Below the pieces are notes generated by a model that made no database searches, was not told the origin of the DNA, and worked only from the letters and a program-made list of their open reading frames with translations. Below, piece by piece: positions 1 through 9,617 of a DNA stretch of 64,000 nucleotides. The stretch's first letter is position 1. Each line of letters begins with the position of its first letter. The DNA comes from Candidatus Iainarchaeum sp. GTDB taxonomy: Archaea; Iainarchaeota; Iainarchaeia; Iainarchaeales; VGJJ01. The stretch lies in the NCBI GenBank assembly GCA_016198125.1, contig JACQJG010000018.1:2843-66842 (forward strand), written 5' to 3'. The translations under genes were made by a program, and so were the position numbers.

Positions 1-570
1 CGCGCTTCTCCCTGCGCTGTCGCAAAGGATGAGATTTACTTTCTTTTTTTCCAATTCCTGCAGTCCTGCACGAATGACCTTGGCCGCGTTTTTTTCGTTG
101 GGCGTTGAGAAAAATTCAGTGCCTTCTACTTTGGCGGTTACTTGTTTCAATTGATCTACTGCGCCTGCACGGAAGGTATCTCCTGCAATAACCCCTATTT
201 TAAGTCCGCGTTTCTTGTAATAGTTTGCCAGTTTTCCTATTGCAGTGCTTTTTCCGCTTCCAAAAAGGCCGACCAGTAAAATGCGTTGAGGGTTTTCGGG
301 TATTTTGGGCGTGCCTCCAAGCAATTCTGCCAAATATTCATAGGTGATGGTTGCAAGGTGTTCTCTTCTTGTGAGTCCTTTTGGCAGGTCTTCTTTGAAG
401 GCTTCGCGTTCAATGCGCCTGCTTAATTCCAGTACAAGGTTCACTTCTACATCTGCTGAGATGAGCGCGCGCTGGATTTCTTTTACTATTTCTTTGATGG
501 CGTCCTTGTCCACTACACGCAGGTTCTGAACGGCTTCCATGGCCTTGCGCAGGCGTTCTCCTAATGACAT
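1..570 (-). CDS. srp54: Signal recognition particle protein SRP54, N-terminal part (runs off window edge)
   Basis: Hand translation from ATG at 570: MSLGERLRKAMEAV...IQRALISADV...GLFGSGKST...DTFRAGAVDQL...DSAGR (SRP GTPase motifs); adjacent to ftsY. Confidence 0.95.
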   Translation of the reverse strand, partial: MSLGERLRKAMEAVQNLRVVDKDAIKEIVKEIQRALISADVEVNLVLELSRRIEREAFKEDLPKGLTRREHLATITYEYLAELLGGTPKIPENPQRILLVGLFGSGKSTAIGKLANYYKKRGLKIGVIAGDTFRAGAVDQLKQVTAKVEGTEFFSTPNEKNAAKVIRAGLQELEKKKVNLILCDSAGRSA

Positions 571-635
571 GCAAAACTCCTTGGTAGTTTTACCCTGCAA
601 AACCCATTTAATGGGTGGGGGCTTGGCGTGGGACT

Positions 636-1691
636 TTACCCAAGTATGTTGTCTAATATGAATGTCGGGGTGAACGGTTTAAGGTCTCCGTATCCTTGCC
701 CCGTGCCCACAAATAAAATGGGTTTTTTGAGTTGATGCAATAAAGAGATGGCTGTGCCTCCTTTGGCGTCTGTGTCGATTTTTGTCAGAATGAACGCATC
801 AATTCCCACTTCTTTTTCGAGTGTTTGGGCTTGGTGCAGGAGGGCTTGCCCTGTGTATGCTTCTCCAACATAAATCTTCAAATCCGGTTTGGCCACGCGT
901 ACGATTTTTTTCAATTCTTCCATGAGGTTTTTGTTTGTTTCCTGTCTTCCGGCACAGTCAATGAGCACAGCGTCTGCGCGTTCAGCGTTTGCGGCTTTTA
1001 CAGCGTCGAATGCAACCGCGGCAGGGTCTGCGCCATACCGGTGTTTTACCAGTCTTGCATTGAGTTTTTGCGCATGCACTTCCAATTGTTCAATGCTTCC
1101 TGCCCTGAAAGTGTCCGCGCTTGCGAGGATGGCTTTTTTTCCTTTTGCTTGAAGATAGTGTGTTAGTTTGGCGATGGTGGTTGTCTTTCCTGCGCCATTG
1201 GGTCCCATGACTAAGATGACAAATGGTTTTTTGCGTTCCATTTCATCAAACAGGTTCACCTGGCGTGTTTGCATTATTTTTTCCAGTGCTGCGCGTACTT
1301 TTTCTTTCAGGAAACTGTTCACGTTTTCTTTGGATGGAATTTTTTGCCCTGCCAACTGCATTTGAAGTTCTTTTGTGAGGGCCTGCGCGGTTTCCTGTTC
1401 CACGTCCCCTTCAAGGAGCGCCAATTCCAGTTCATCCAGGAAGGGTTCCAATTCTTTTTGGGTTAATTCAATGCTTCCCGTGAGCGCGCCTGCCACTTTT
1501 TTTGCCACCCCCACGTCTGCTTCGAGCCTGCGCGCGGGTGATTCTTCTTTCAGGCCTTTCTTTTTTTCTTGAGGGGGTTTTTGGGGATCCGGGATTTTTA
1601 TGGCTTCCAATTGTTGGGTGCCGGCTTTTTGGCTGAGTCGCTGGGTAAAATCGTTTAGTTTTTTTTTCAGAAAATCAAACATGGGTTTCAC
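636..1691 (-). CDS. ftsY: SRP receptor FtsY
   Basis: GPNGAGKTTTIAKL, DTFRAG, DCAGR, TKIDTDAKGG, GTGQGY motifs. Confidence 0.95.
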   Translation of the reverse strand: MKPMFDFLKKKLNDFTQRLSQKAGTQQLEAIKIPDPQKPPQEKKKGLKEESPARRLEADVGVAKKVAGALTGSIELTQKELEPFLDELELALLEGDVEQETAQALTKELQMQLAGQKIPSKENVNSFLKEKVRAALEKIMQTRQVNLFDEMERKKPFVILVMGPNGAGKTTTIAKLTHYLQAKGKKAILASADTFRAGSIEQLEVHAQKLNARLVKHRYGADPAAVAFDAVKAANAERADAVLIDCAGRQETNKNLMEELKKIVRVAKPDLKIYVGEAYTGQALLHQAQTLEKEVGIDAFILTKIDTDAKGGTAISLLHQLKKPILFVGTGQGYGDLKPFTPTFILDNILG

Positions 1692-2137
1692 TTTTTTTGC
1701 GCGGTTGCGTGCTGGGCGCGTTCAGCGGCTTGGAGAATTTGTTCGATTTCGCGCAGGTTTTGCACGGTTTTATTGTGTTCGGCTTGTACGCGCGTGAGTT
1801 CCTCTTGAAATAGCTTTTTGTTTGCCTCCAGGTTCTTTTGGATTTCTTCCAGGGTTGTGTTCACGATTACATTGGTTCCAATCATGCGCTTGACTTGAAC
1901 GTTCTTTGTAGTGCATTCCACATATGCCCCGGCTCCCAACGGAATGAGGGCCTGGCTTTCTTTTTCGTTTTTGAGCGCGTTTATGGCCAGCTGGGCATTT
2001 TCTGCCTGCATTAAAAGGACTTCAACTTCTCTTGCCCGCTGGTCAATGGCCGCGAGTTTCATTCGTTCGGCTTCATGGGCTTCCAGTACCTGCTGCCGCG
2101 TAAGTGTGATTTCTTTTTTTTGCTTTTTTTCAGCCAT
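1688..2137 (-). CDS. pfdA: Prefoldin subunit alpha
   Basis: Coiled coil with central IPLGAGAYV beta-hairpin; conserved position between LX and ftsY. Confidence 0.85.
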   Translation of the reverse strand: MAEKKQKKEITLTRQQVLEAHEAERMKLAAIDQRAREVEVLLMQAENAQLAINALKNEKESQALIPLGAGAYVECTTKNVQVKRMIGTNVIVNTTLEEIQKNLEANKKLFQEELTRVQAEHNKTVQNLREIEQILQAAERAQHATAQKK

Positions 2138-2158
2138 AGAGCATTCCTTCCTTTTTTT

Positions 2159-2350
2159 TCATTTCTTGTCTTCTTCGGAATGAGTAATGGTAATGTTGGT
2201 TCTTTTTAACCTGTGCCTGCTTCCCAGCGTTGAAAAGGCTTTTTCCACGGCGCTTCGCTCACTGAGGGCTTTTACACGGGTTGAAAACAGTTGCATTCCC
2301 TTCTTTGTTTTTAAACTGCCTTTAACGCTGAATGTTTTTTCTTGTGTCAT
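2159..2350 (-). CDS. rpl18a: 50S ribosomal protein L18Ae/LX
   Basis: LGSRHRLKR.NITI motif; operon context. Confidence 0.9.
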   Translation of the reverse strand: MTQEKTFSVKGSLKTKKGMQLFSTRVKALSERSAVEKAFSTLGSRHRLKRTNITITHSEEDKK

Positions 2351-3021
2351 GTTCCTCCTCCGCTCAATCCGTCGTCAATGCGAATCATTTCAGGGCCCGA
2401 AGTCATTTCCCCCACAAGCGCTCCTTGGCTTGTTGCCACAAGGGAGTTTCCGACGAAAGGGTCTCCGTAATTTGCCGTGGTTGGAATGCCGTCAACTTTG
2501 AATAATGCTTCCAGTTTTTTTATTTCTTCAGGTGCTGCTCGGGGGTGTACAAGGAATCCTTGCTGATTTACCACTAAACTGCTTCCCACAAGTTCGGTGC
2601 CGGCAAGATTTGCGTGTATGATGGGGACTTTGAGAAAACCTTCCATTTCCTTTACTGCCTGAACGGGAATGCTTTTGCTTGCAAGTAATCCAAACGCATT
2701 GCCTGCCACCAGGTTTCCAATAGCAGTTACTTCTTTGACTTTATGGACTTCAATTCCAAGTCTTTGGAGGTGGGTTTCTTCGCGCGCTTCAATGGTTTGG
2801 GGTACGAGGAATTTGCTTCCAATTCCGCGGGCCATGACCCCCAATAGAGAAGTGCTTGCAATGCTGGTTGGAATGGTTTCCACCCCCAGCACATCTTCAA
2901 AGTGCTTGGCTTTTTTGCGTTCCGTGTTCAGTGGGATCAAGGACATTTTTTCTGTTACCGTGGAAAAAACCCCGATGAACGGGCTTCCATTCAGGGTTTG
3001 TTTTTCAATGTTCATCGCCAA
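2347..3021 (-). CDS. eif6: Translation initiation factor 6 (aIF6)
   Basis: GSPFIGVF, TAIGN, TANYG.PFVG, TSGPE motifs. Confidence 0.93.
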   Translation of the reverse strand: MAMNIEKQTLNGSPFIGVFSTVTEKMSLIPLNTERKKAKHFEDVLGVETIPTSIASTSLLGVMARGIGSKFLVPQTIEAREETHLQRLGIEVHKVKEVTAIGNLVAGNAFGLLASKSIPVQAVKEMEGFLKVPIIHANLAGTELVGSSLVVNQQGFLVHPRAAPEEIKKLEALFKVDGIPTTANYGDPFVGNSLVATSQGALVGEMTSGPEMIRIDDGLSGGGT

Positions 3022-3041
3022 ACCCCCTCTGCTTGTTGTCT

Positions 3042-3473
3042 CTATTCAATCCCGCGTTTGATGGCTTCTTTTTGGGCCTGTTCTTCCATGCGTTTTTTTT
3101 CTTCAAGTTTTTTTCCTGCTTCAACTTGCTCCGGGGATTTTTCGTCCTTCTTTTCAGGGGTTATTTCTTCCTTTTTTTTCTCTGCCTTTTGGGCTTTGCG
3201 CTTGTTTTCGAATTCCTGCAATTGAGTGCCTTCTTTCAGGAATACGTGCACGTTTTCCCCGTCTTCTTTTAATTGAATGGTGAACTTTTTTGGCTTTTTT
3301 TGCTTGCTTCGGCTCCAAATGTACTCGTTTACTTCGTTGCTTACTTTGATGTTTTCAGGTTCTTTTCTGGTGTGCTTTTGAACGAATTTTTTTAGGAATG
3401 TAACGCTTTTGTTTGCGATTCTCCCCCTGGGTTTGCGTACTTCGTTCAATGAAACCATGTATTCGTTGTTCAT
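3042..3473 (-). CDS. rpl31e: 50S ribosomal protein L31e with charged C-terminal extension
   Basis: VSNEVNEYIWSRS..KPKK motif; operon context. Confidence 0.88.
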   Translation of the reverse strand: MNNEYMVSLNEVRKPRGRIANKSVTFLKKFVQKHTRKEPENIKVSNEVNEYIWSRSKQKKPKKFTIQLKEDGENVHVFLKEGTQLQEFENKRKAQKAEKKKEEITPEKKDEKSPEQVEAGKKLEEKKRMEEQAQKEAIKRGIE

Positions 3474-3487
3474 GTTTTATTCCTCTT

Positions 3488-3769
3488 TTAGTAGCTGCCC
3501 TCGTACTTTCTTTTTTCGCTGCGTGGAACCTTGTTGTGGTAATGTTTTCCGCTTTTGACTTTGAATGCGCGCTGGTATTCTTCTTTTTCGCGTTTTCTGT
3601 ATTCTTTGCCCAGCGTGGTGTGCCGCCAGTGCCTTTTTTGCTTGGGGTTGAAAATCCTGCGCCCGGCTTTCTGCAGCACCCATACAGGGGCATTGGTGAT
3701 GCTTGCGGATATTTTTTTTCGCGTTGTAATGAGGAATTCCTTTAATTCCGGGTCCTTGTTTCGTGCCAT
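3488..3769 (-). CDS. rpl39e: 50S ribosomal protein L39e with C-terminal extension
   Basis: MARNK...APVWV.QK...NPKQKRHWR; start reassigned to ATG at 3769. Confidence 0.85.
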   Translation of the reverse strand: MARNKDPELKEFLITTRKKISASITNAPVWVLQKAGRRIFNPKQKRHWRHTTLGKEYRKREKEEYQRAFKVKSGKHYHNKVPRSEKRKYEGSY

Positions 3770-3770
3770 T

Positions 3771-4091
3771 TTATTTTCTCCTGATGCTGATTTCCTTCTT
3801 ATGCGATAATTTTGCGAGCAGGCCAACCAATTCCTGTTCTGATAAGCGTTGCTGGATTCTCCCGGCTTGGGCCGCGTACAAGAGGTATTGCACTGTTTGG
3901 GCGTACCGCTCTGGGTTTACCAGTCGTACATTGGAAAGCCGGTTCTTGGCTTCGGGGGACAGGATTTTGCGCAGCACTCCTTCCATTTGTTGCTGGGCGT
4001 GGAGTTCTTGTTCTTCTTGTTGCCGCTCCATGAATTTTTTCTTTAACTCTTGGAGTTTTTTTTCCCGTGCCTCTTCGTGCGCGTCTTCCAT
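3771..4091 (-). CDS. PDCD5-family DNA-binding protein
   Basis: LRKILSPEAKNRLSNVRLVNPE motif; start reassigned to ATG at 4091. Confidence 0.9.
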   Translation of the reverse strand: MEDAHEEAREKKLQELKKKFMERQQEEQELHAQQQMEGVLRKILSPEAKNRLSNVRLVNPERYAQTVQYLLYAAQAGRIQQRLSEQELVGLLAKLSHKKEISIRRK

Positions 4092-4104
4092 TCTCTTCCC
4101 CTTT

Positions 4105-4701
4105 TTATGCGTTTTGTGCTTGGGTTCCCTCCTTGAGTTTTTGCTTTTTCTTGTCGTCGCGTGACGCTGCGTCTTCTTTTGGTTTTCCGCCTTCGCTTTG
4201 CCTGCGCAGGGCTTCGCGGATGGTCTTTTCTTCTGCGCTGACCGTTGTTTTTTCTTCGCGTTTGACTTTTTTTTCAGGTCCTTCGCGTTGAATGCGTTCA
4301 AGGGTTTTTTTGCTGATTGTGTTCAAGTACTTTTGCCCGGCGGGCGTGAGAATTCTTCCTTTTTTTTCTTTTTTTACGAACTGGTTTTTTTCCAGGGCTT
4401 GAAGGCACGTGCGAATGACTTTTCCGCCTGCTTTTGTGAACCGGTGGGGTCTTACTCCGCGTGCTTTTTTGCCTCCGTAATACGTACGCAGGCTTTCAGT
4501 CCCCAAGGGGCCTTCGCGGTAAATGCGGTATAAAATGCTTGCGCACCGCATGAACCACCAGTCGCGTTGCAGGGGCGCGCGTTCGGCATGGGCTCCGCTT
4601 TTCACGTAGTCTATAAAGCGCGGCTGGTTTAATCCCTTGGTTTTAAGGTCTTCTTTTAGGTCTTGAATGAGTTCGCTTGCCGGAACATCCAATATTCCCA
4701 T
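4105..4701 (-). CDS. rps19e: 30S ribosomal protein S19e with C-terminal extension
   Basis: VKSGAHAERAP..DWWFMRCASILY, YGG....GVRP motifs. Confidence 0.95.
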   Translation of the reverse strand: MGILDVPASELIQDLKEDLKTKGLNQPRFIDYVKSGAHAERAPLQRDWWFMRCASILYRIYREGPLGTESLRTYYGGKKARGVRPHRFTKAGGKVIRTCLQALEKNQFVKKEKKGRILTPAGQKYLNTISKKTLERIQREGPEKKVKREEKTTVSAEEKTIREALRRQSEGGKPKEDAASRDDKKKQKLKEGTQAQNA

Positions 4702-4801
4702 AACGCTTCCTCCCCTTGCGGGGCCGTCAAAGAGGGTTTTTACCCTTCTGCAGGTTGAAAACCCGATTGAAGTGGTTTAAAGGAATTCCCCTGCTAATGG
4801 T

Positions 4802-5125
4802 TTAAAAACGTTTGCCGGGGGGTGTGCCCAGCCGGTAGCGTTTTGTTGTTTTGCATTCCTTGCACGTGGCGTTGAGCATGCTTCCTTTAACACGTTTCAC
4901 TATGTTGAACCCTTCTTTCCACGGGGTTTTGCAGTGCTTGCAATACGCAGTTTTAATGTCCAACGGCATTCGCATTCTATACCGCGTGGAAATGCGTTCC
5001 AGCAGTTGAATGTACCGTTTGCTTCGTTCAGGGTGTTTTGAATGGGCTTCTTGTGCGAGTTCAAGCAGGCGGTACATGCGTTCCAATGCAATGTGTTGAA
5101 CGAAGTTTTTTTTGGGTGCCGGCAT
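4802..5125 (-). CDS. rnp4: RNase P protein component 4 (Rpp21)
   Basis: IALERMYRL, CKHC and CKEC zinc ribbon. Confidence 0.9.
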   Translation of the reverse strand: MPAPKKNFVQHIALERMYRLLELAQEAHSKHPERSKRYIQLLERISTRYRMRMPLDIKTAYCKHCKTPWKEGFNIVKRVKGSMLNATCKECKTTKRYRLGTPPGKRF

Positions 5126-5138
5126 GTTTTTTCCTTTG

Positions 5139-6215
5139 TTAAAGTGTTTTTTGTTCTTTTTGTATTTCTCTTATTTTTTGCGTTGCAAGCCGTATCCCTT
5201 CGCGCAGCGTGCCTTCGCGGAACCCGGAAAGGGTAGTGCCATATCTCTTGAGGGATTTGAAGCACAAGGTCATGAGTGTTTTGTACGCCGTCCAGTGTTT
5301 GATACGCGCGTGGAGTAGCCGTGCGCGAAGGGTCTTAAGTTCTTGAGGGGTTAATGCGGCAAGCCCGGATTTTTCTTTTGCTTCTGTGTATTCCCTGAAC
5401 AGGTCCAGGGCGTTTTTTTGGATTTCTTCCAGCTCTATTTTATGGTTTTCAATGGTTTTGTGGTCTTGTAATGCTGCTTCGGGATATTGGCTGACGTATT
5501 CTACCCGTTCGCGTGCTTGGGCTGCTTTTTTTTCTGCTGTTTGCAGGCGCCACAAATTGCTTTCCATACGTTCTTTTATGATTTGAAAGTTGTGTTCGCG
5601 GATTTCAAGCGGGTCGCTGGACCAGCGCTGAAAGTATGTTTTAAGCATTACAAGTTTTTCTCCGCACGAACGGTATAATGCGGCAAGTTGCGTGTAAATC
5701 GTGTACAGTTCAAGATTGTGCGAGAAAAGGTCTGTGATGTTGGTGGAAGGATTGTTTTCTTTTGGGCGTTTCCGCAAGAGTGCGTTAACGTGTTCTTTTT
5801 GTTTATATATGCGGTCGTCTAATTTTTCCAGGTATTTTTGAAACACGCGGCCATAACGTGCGCCGATCTCCCTATAATAATCATCTGATTTCAATGGCCG
5901 CGGTTTTCTTTGGCGCCATTCATACAGCGTTTTTAAGCGCTTGTTTTTTTCTTTCCTTGCTGCCCAATCCAATGCACTGTCAATGTCCTGCAGAACATAT
6001 TCTTTTTTTGTGCGCTTGAATATTTTTCCGCGGGAGGCTTTGGTGCGCAGGCGTTCAGGGTTAAAAACGTATTTTACGCTGCGGCGCAGCGCGCGTAATT
6101 GCGCATCCACTGGCAGGGCATGGAATGTCCTGGACCCGGGAATAGGCTTTTTTTTTCTTTGCATGTACTGCTCATGCGTGCGGCCTATTTTAACGCGTGG
6201 GGCTTGGATTGGCAT
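5139..6215 (-). CDS. Hypothetical helical protein with basic N-terminal leader
   Basis: 358-aa ORF, R/K-rich, no recognisable motif. Confidence 0.7.
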   Translation of the reverse strand: MPIQAPRVKIGRTHEQYMQRKKKPIPGSRTFHALPVDAQLRALRRSVKYVFNPERLRTKASRGKIFKRTKKEYVLQDIDSALDWAARKEKNKRLKTLYEWRQRKPRPLKSDDYYREIGARYGRVFQKYLEKLDDRIYKQKEHVNALLRKRPKENNPSTNITDLFSHNLELYTIYTQLAALYRSCGEKLVMLKTYFQRWSSDPLEIREHNFQIIKERMESNLWRLQTAEKKAAQARERVEYVSQYPEAALQDHKTIENHKIELEEIQKNALDLFREYTEAKEKSGLAALTPQELKTLRARLLHARIKHWTAYKTLMTLCFKSLKRYGTTLSGFREGTLREGIRLATQKIREIQKEQKTL

Positions 6216-7527
6216 TTAAACGCTTTACAATTCCATTACGGGCGTCCACCTCAACCAGGTCCCAGTCGTGAAGGGCCTTGGTGGCCTGGGGCACTCCCAC
6301 AAGGGTTGGGATTTTGAATTCCCGTGCAAAGATTGCACTGTGCGTTAGCAATCCCCCCATTTCTATGATCATACCGTGGGCTTTGTGCATCCACGGCTCG
6401 TATTGTACAAGGGTTTCAGCAGCCACTAAAATATCCCCCGGGTTTACTTTTGAAATGTCTTCCAGGGAATGCACTACTTTTACAGGCCCAATGGCTTTTC
6501 CGGGGCATGCAATTTGGCCCGTAAACGTTTCCTGGTTGCTGGGTTTAAACGCGAAGCGTTCTTTGAGCGCATGATACTCTTCAATGGAAAGCGGTCGGAC
6601 TCCTTGAGGGGTTTTTACAAGTCCTTTGAATGTAAAGCGTTCTCCTAGTTTTTCAGGGCCTTGTCCTGTTTTCAGGGCGTATTCTATTTCTTTTGGCAGC
6701 AGTACTTCCCAGTACTTTTCATGCAACCCTATACGTTTCAATGCCTCTGTGAATAAAGGCCGCATGCAGTACAACGCGTAATTGTACGCATCAATGCGCT
6801 CGAACTTCAACCACAAAAACAGCTGTAATTCTTTTAACAAGGCATTCCGGCTTACTTTTATTTTTTTGGGCAGTGTAGCCGTTTTTCTTAATTGCATTAA
6901 ATCCGCTGGAGTAAGGGCCTTGCCGCGCAGCAGGCTGAGCCCATACCAGCCAAATGCGCGCGCCAGTCGCTTCAATGCATGTTCATCGCCTGGTCGCATC
7001 TTCAAGAGTTTTTCGTTGAGTCGTTCGGCTGACACCTTTCTCAAGGGACGGATTTCCTGGAAGTTTATTTTGGGTATTTTTTTAACGATGTAGGGTTCTA
7101 CTGCGTTCGCGGTTGGCAAGTAGGTCCACAGGAATCCAAGCGTTTCACGCATTCTTTCGTGAAATCGTTCCACTTCTCTTGAAAGCCGTTCATTGGAGTA
7201 CTTTTCAAAGGGTTTATGCCTGTTCTTATCGGAATAATCTTTTAGTTTTTTGATTGCTTTTTGGCATTTGGCATTCCATTTTTTCAGGAACCCTGCCGGG
7301 TTTTTTTCAATGAGGAGTTGGAGTTTCTTGCCTTTTTCTTTTTGGAAGTGGAATTCATCGTCAATGACCAGCATGAATTCTTGCGAGAATGCTATTCCAA
7401 AGTTTTTCTTGTAATTGGCAGTGTTTTCTGCTTCAAAAGATAATGCATTGAAATAAGTGCTGTTGGGCCAAGCCCCTAATTTTGGAAACTCTTCGGGGTT
7501 GAAACGTTGCAGGTCTTCTCCAGGCAT
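6190..7527 (-). CDS. PEP-utilizing enzyme mobile (phospho-His swivel) domain protein
   Basis: C-terminal G..ACPG...G.V, GDILVA, GGLLTHSAIFAREFKIP.LVG, VEVDA..G; no ATP-grasp domain seen. Confidence 0.85.
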   Translation of the reverse strand: MPGEDLQRFNPEEFPKLGAWPNSTYFNALSFEAENTANYKKNFGIAFSQEFMLVIDDEFHFQKEKGKKLQLLIEKNPAGFLKKWNAKCQKAIKKLKDYSDKNRHKPFEKYSNERLSREVERFHERMRETLGFLWTYLPTANAVEPYIVKKIPKINFQEIRPLRKVSAERLNEKLLKMRPGDEHALKRLARAFGWYGLSLLRGKALTPADLMQLRKTATLPKKIKVSRNALLKELQLFLWLKFERIDAYNYALYCMRPLFTEALKRIGLHEKYWEVLLPKEIEYALKTGQGPEKLGERFTFKGLVKTPQGVRPLSIEEYHALKERFAFKPSNQETFTGQIACPGKAIGPVKVVHSLEDISKVNPGDILVAAETLVQYEPWMHKAHGMIIEMGGLLTHSAIFAREFKIPTLVGVPQATKALHDWDLVEVDARNGIVKRLNANPSPTR

Positions 7528-7552
7528 GTCAATTACTTGTGAGTTTGTGGAT

Positions 7553-8349
7553 TTAAATGGTGGCGATAGCCCCGTCTTGAGTGTTTATCCAAATCCTTTC
7601 CAGCACGCGTTCTTCATCAGGGTTATTTCCATGGATGGCGTGCAGGTATTGGTGGTTGTCGAACACAAGCAAATCGTTTTCTTTCCAATAATGCGTGAGT
7701 ACAAGGGATTGGTCTAATGCATAGTAAGGTTTTGAATGGCTTTGGCAGTGGTGCGTAAATCCGGCACAGGGGGCAAATCATTTTCCGCTGTAATGCGCGG
7801 AAAAATAATGGAGCGTCTAGGGAGCGTTATAACGTGGCTTTCTTTCCACGGGTGCTTTCTAATCAAGGGGGTGGGTTGGAGTTCCAGCGGTTTTCCAGCC
7901 GGGATCGTGTCCAGTTTGGACAGCGTGTCCATAAATGGGCTCAGCATGTTGAGTGCGTGCGTAGTGTCAGTTAATAGCGTTGGATTTTCACTTTTCCCGG
8001 GGTTAACACAATATAGTAAGACAAGGTGCGGGGGCAGCGCATGATGACTACCGTCCGTGTGCCAGTCAAAGAGAGGCTGGGCTGATGTGCCCTTACAAGA
8101 GGGGTATTCTTCTCGTACAAAGGAAAGGTATCCTCCACTGCTTCGTACAAGGGAAAAGGTTTTGGACTGCGCTGCATACTCAAAAAAGTCTTTGGGTTTG
8201 AAGTCCACTTTTAAAAGGTCAAACCCTTGTTTGTGCCAATCGTGTTTGCATAACCAGTCAAAAAATTCACGGGTTGAAAGAAGCGTGGAGTTGGGTGAAG
8301 GAATTGTTTCTCGGAGGGTGGTCTGGGTTTCTGTCCACATGAATTGCAT
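7553..8349 (-). pseudogene. TauD/TfdA-family Fe(II)/2-oxoglutarate dioxygenase, frameshifted near 7726
   Basis: WHTDG (HxD) and LLYC in ORF 7714..8502; the -1 frame continues YYALDQSLVLTHYWKENDLLVFDNHQYLH...RVLERIWI to TAA at 7553. Confidence 0.75.
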
Positions 8350-8410
8350 TATTGTTTTATTTTTAAAGGCTTTTAGTTTCATTTTTATAGTACATTGTTT
8401 TATTTTTACC

Positions 8411-9260
8411 ATGAAGCTTTCGGAGGCAGAGGTTAAGGCCATTGTGGACGCGGTAAAGAAGGAACCGCGCACCGTGCAGGACATTTCCCTGCTTATTGAC
8501 AAAAGCTGGGTGACTACTGAGAAGTACTTACAGGAACTTCACAATCAAACAGGCGCGATTAACCTTAAAACGTTCAGGCCTGGGACGCAGGCCGCGTTGA
8601 AAGTCGTGTATTATGTAAGCACAGAGGGGGGGCCTGGGGATGAAGTAAAGCAGGGCTTGGCCCAGCGCATTCTTCAAGGTAAATTCAAGCAGGACTTTGA
8701 CTTTTTGGACGTGTTTCAATTCATTCCGGATGCGCAGAAGAAAGCGTTCACGCGCGAGTCAGGGGGAAGAAGAACACATGACATTGGAAGAATTGGTCAA
8801 GAAAAAGGCTTCCAAGAGCCTGTATTATTTTTCTGGCAACCTGAGTTTTTTGTCCTTGGCCTACAAGGGCAGGAAATCAGTGGTTGACTTTATTGAAGAG
8901 CAGTTGGAGGCAGGAGTATATGTTAAAGTCTTGTGCCGGGTAAACATTTCTTCGCTGGCCAACATTGAAAAAATGTCTCACTTGCTTGTAAAATACCCAA
9001 ATCAAGTGGAAGTCCGCCATCGTTATCAGCCCTTGCGCGGGTTCATCATTGATGATGATTTTGCGCGTTTTAAAACATGGGAAAATAAAGACGATTACAA
9101 GCTGGGCGAATTGCACAAGAGCACGCGCGTGTACTATGAAGTGTACTCCCCAGAATGGATTGCGTGGCTGCAAAACGTTTTTTGGTCCATGTGGCGTTCT
9201 TCCATTTCGTATGAAAAAAGAATCAAGGAAGTCCAACGAATTGTGGCCAGTACGGGTTAA
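8411..9260 (+). pseudogene. wHTH plus TrmB/PLD-like transcriptional regulator, frameshifted at G5 run 8762-8766
   Basis: MKLSEAEV...PRTVQDIS..IDKSWVTTEKYL (wHTH-like) joins ORF 8697..9260 (RGFIIDD, FWSMW) if one G is removed. Confidence 0.65.
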
Positions 9261-9446
9261 CATTTCAAAGCAAGTCTTGGCGCGGTAGTATTATTTTAAT
9301 TCGAAGGCCTGTAAGGGTCCCGGAGGGATCCCTTACTGTCCGCGGACCACCCCTACGCAATGGCATAGGCCAGTCGTGTTGGACCGCAGGGGTTCCAATA
9401 GGAATCCCCTGCTGAACTTCGCAGCAGCCACAGCCGAAACTGGCTA

Positions 9447-9517
9447 TGCAGTCGCCGGGAATCGAACCCGGGCCTCGACCTTGGAAGGGTCGAACGCTAC
9501 CTCTACGCTACGACTGC
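9447..9517 (-). tRNA. tRNA-Gly(TCC)
   Basis: GCAGTCG acceptor stem, CGACC-CTTCCAA-GGTCG anticodon arm, GGTTCGATTCC T arm; CCA not encoded. Confidence 0.95.
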
Positions 9518-9617
9518 GTTATTCATTTTTGCCGGGCGAGGCTTTTTAACGCTTGAGGCTTTTTTTGGGTTTTCAACGGGTTCATGGTTTTTTAAGCAGT
9601 TCGGGTTCAAGTATTTT

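Noticed and set aside
6190-8349. TauD-PEP-utilizer fusion protein
   Set aside because: The restored TauD frame stops at TAA 7553-7555, before the ATG at 7527; they are two genes.
9300-9446. Hammerhead ribozyme or group I intron, suggested by CGAAAC
   Set aside because: No CUGANGA core or P7 R/S elements; kept only as an unclassified structured RNA.
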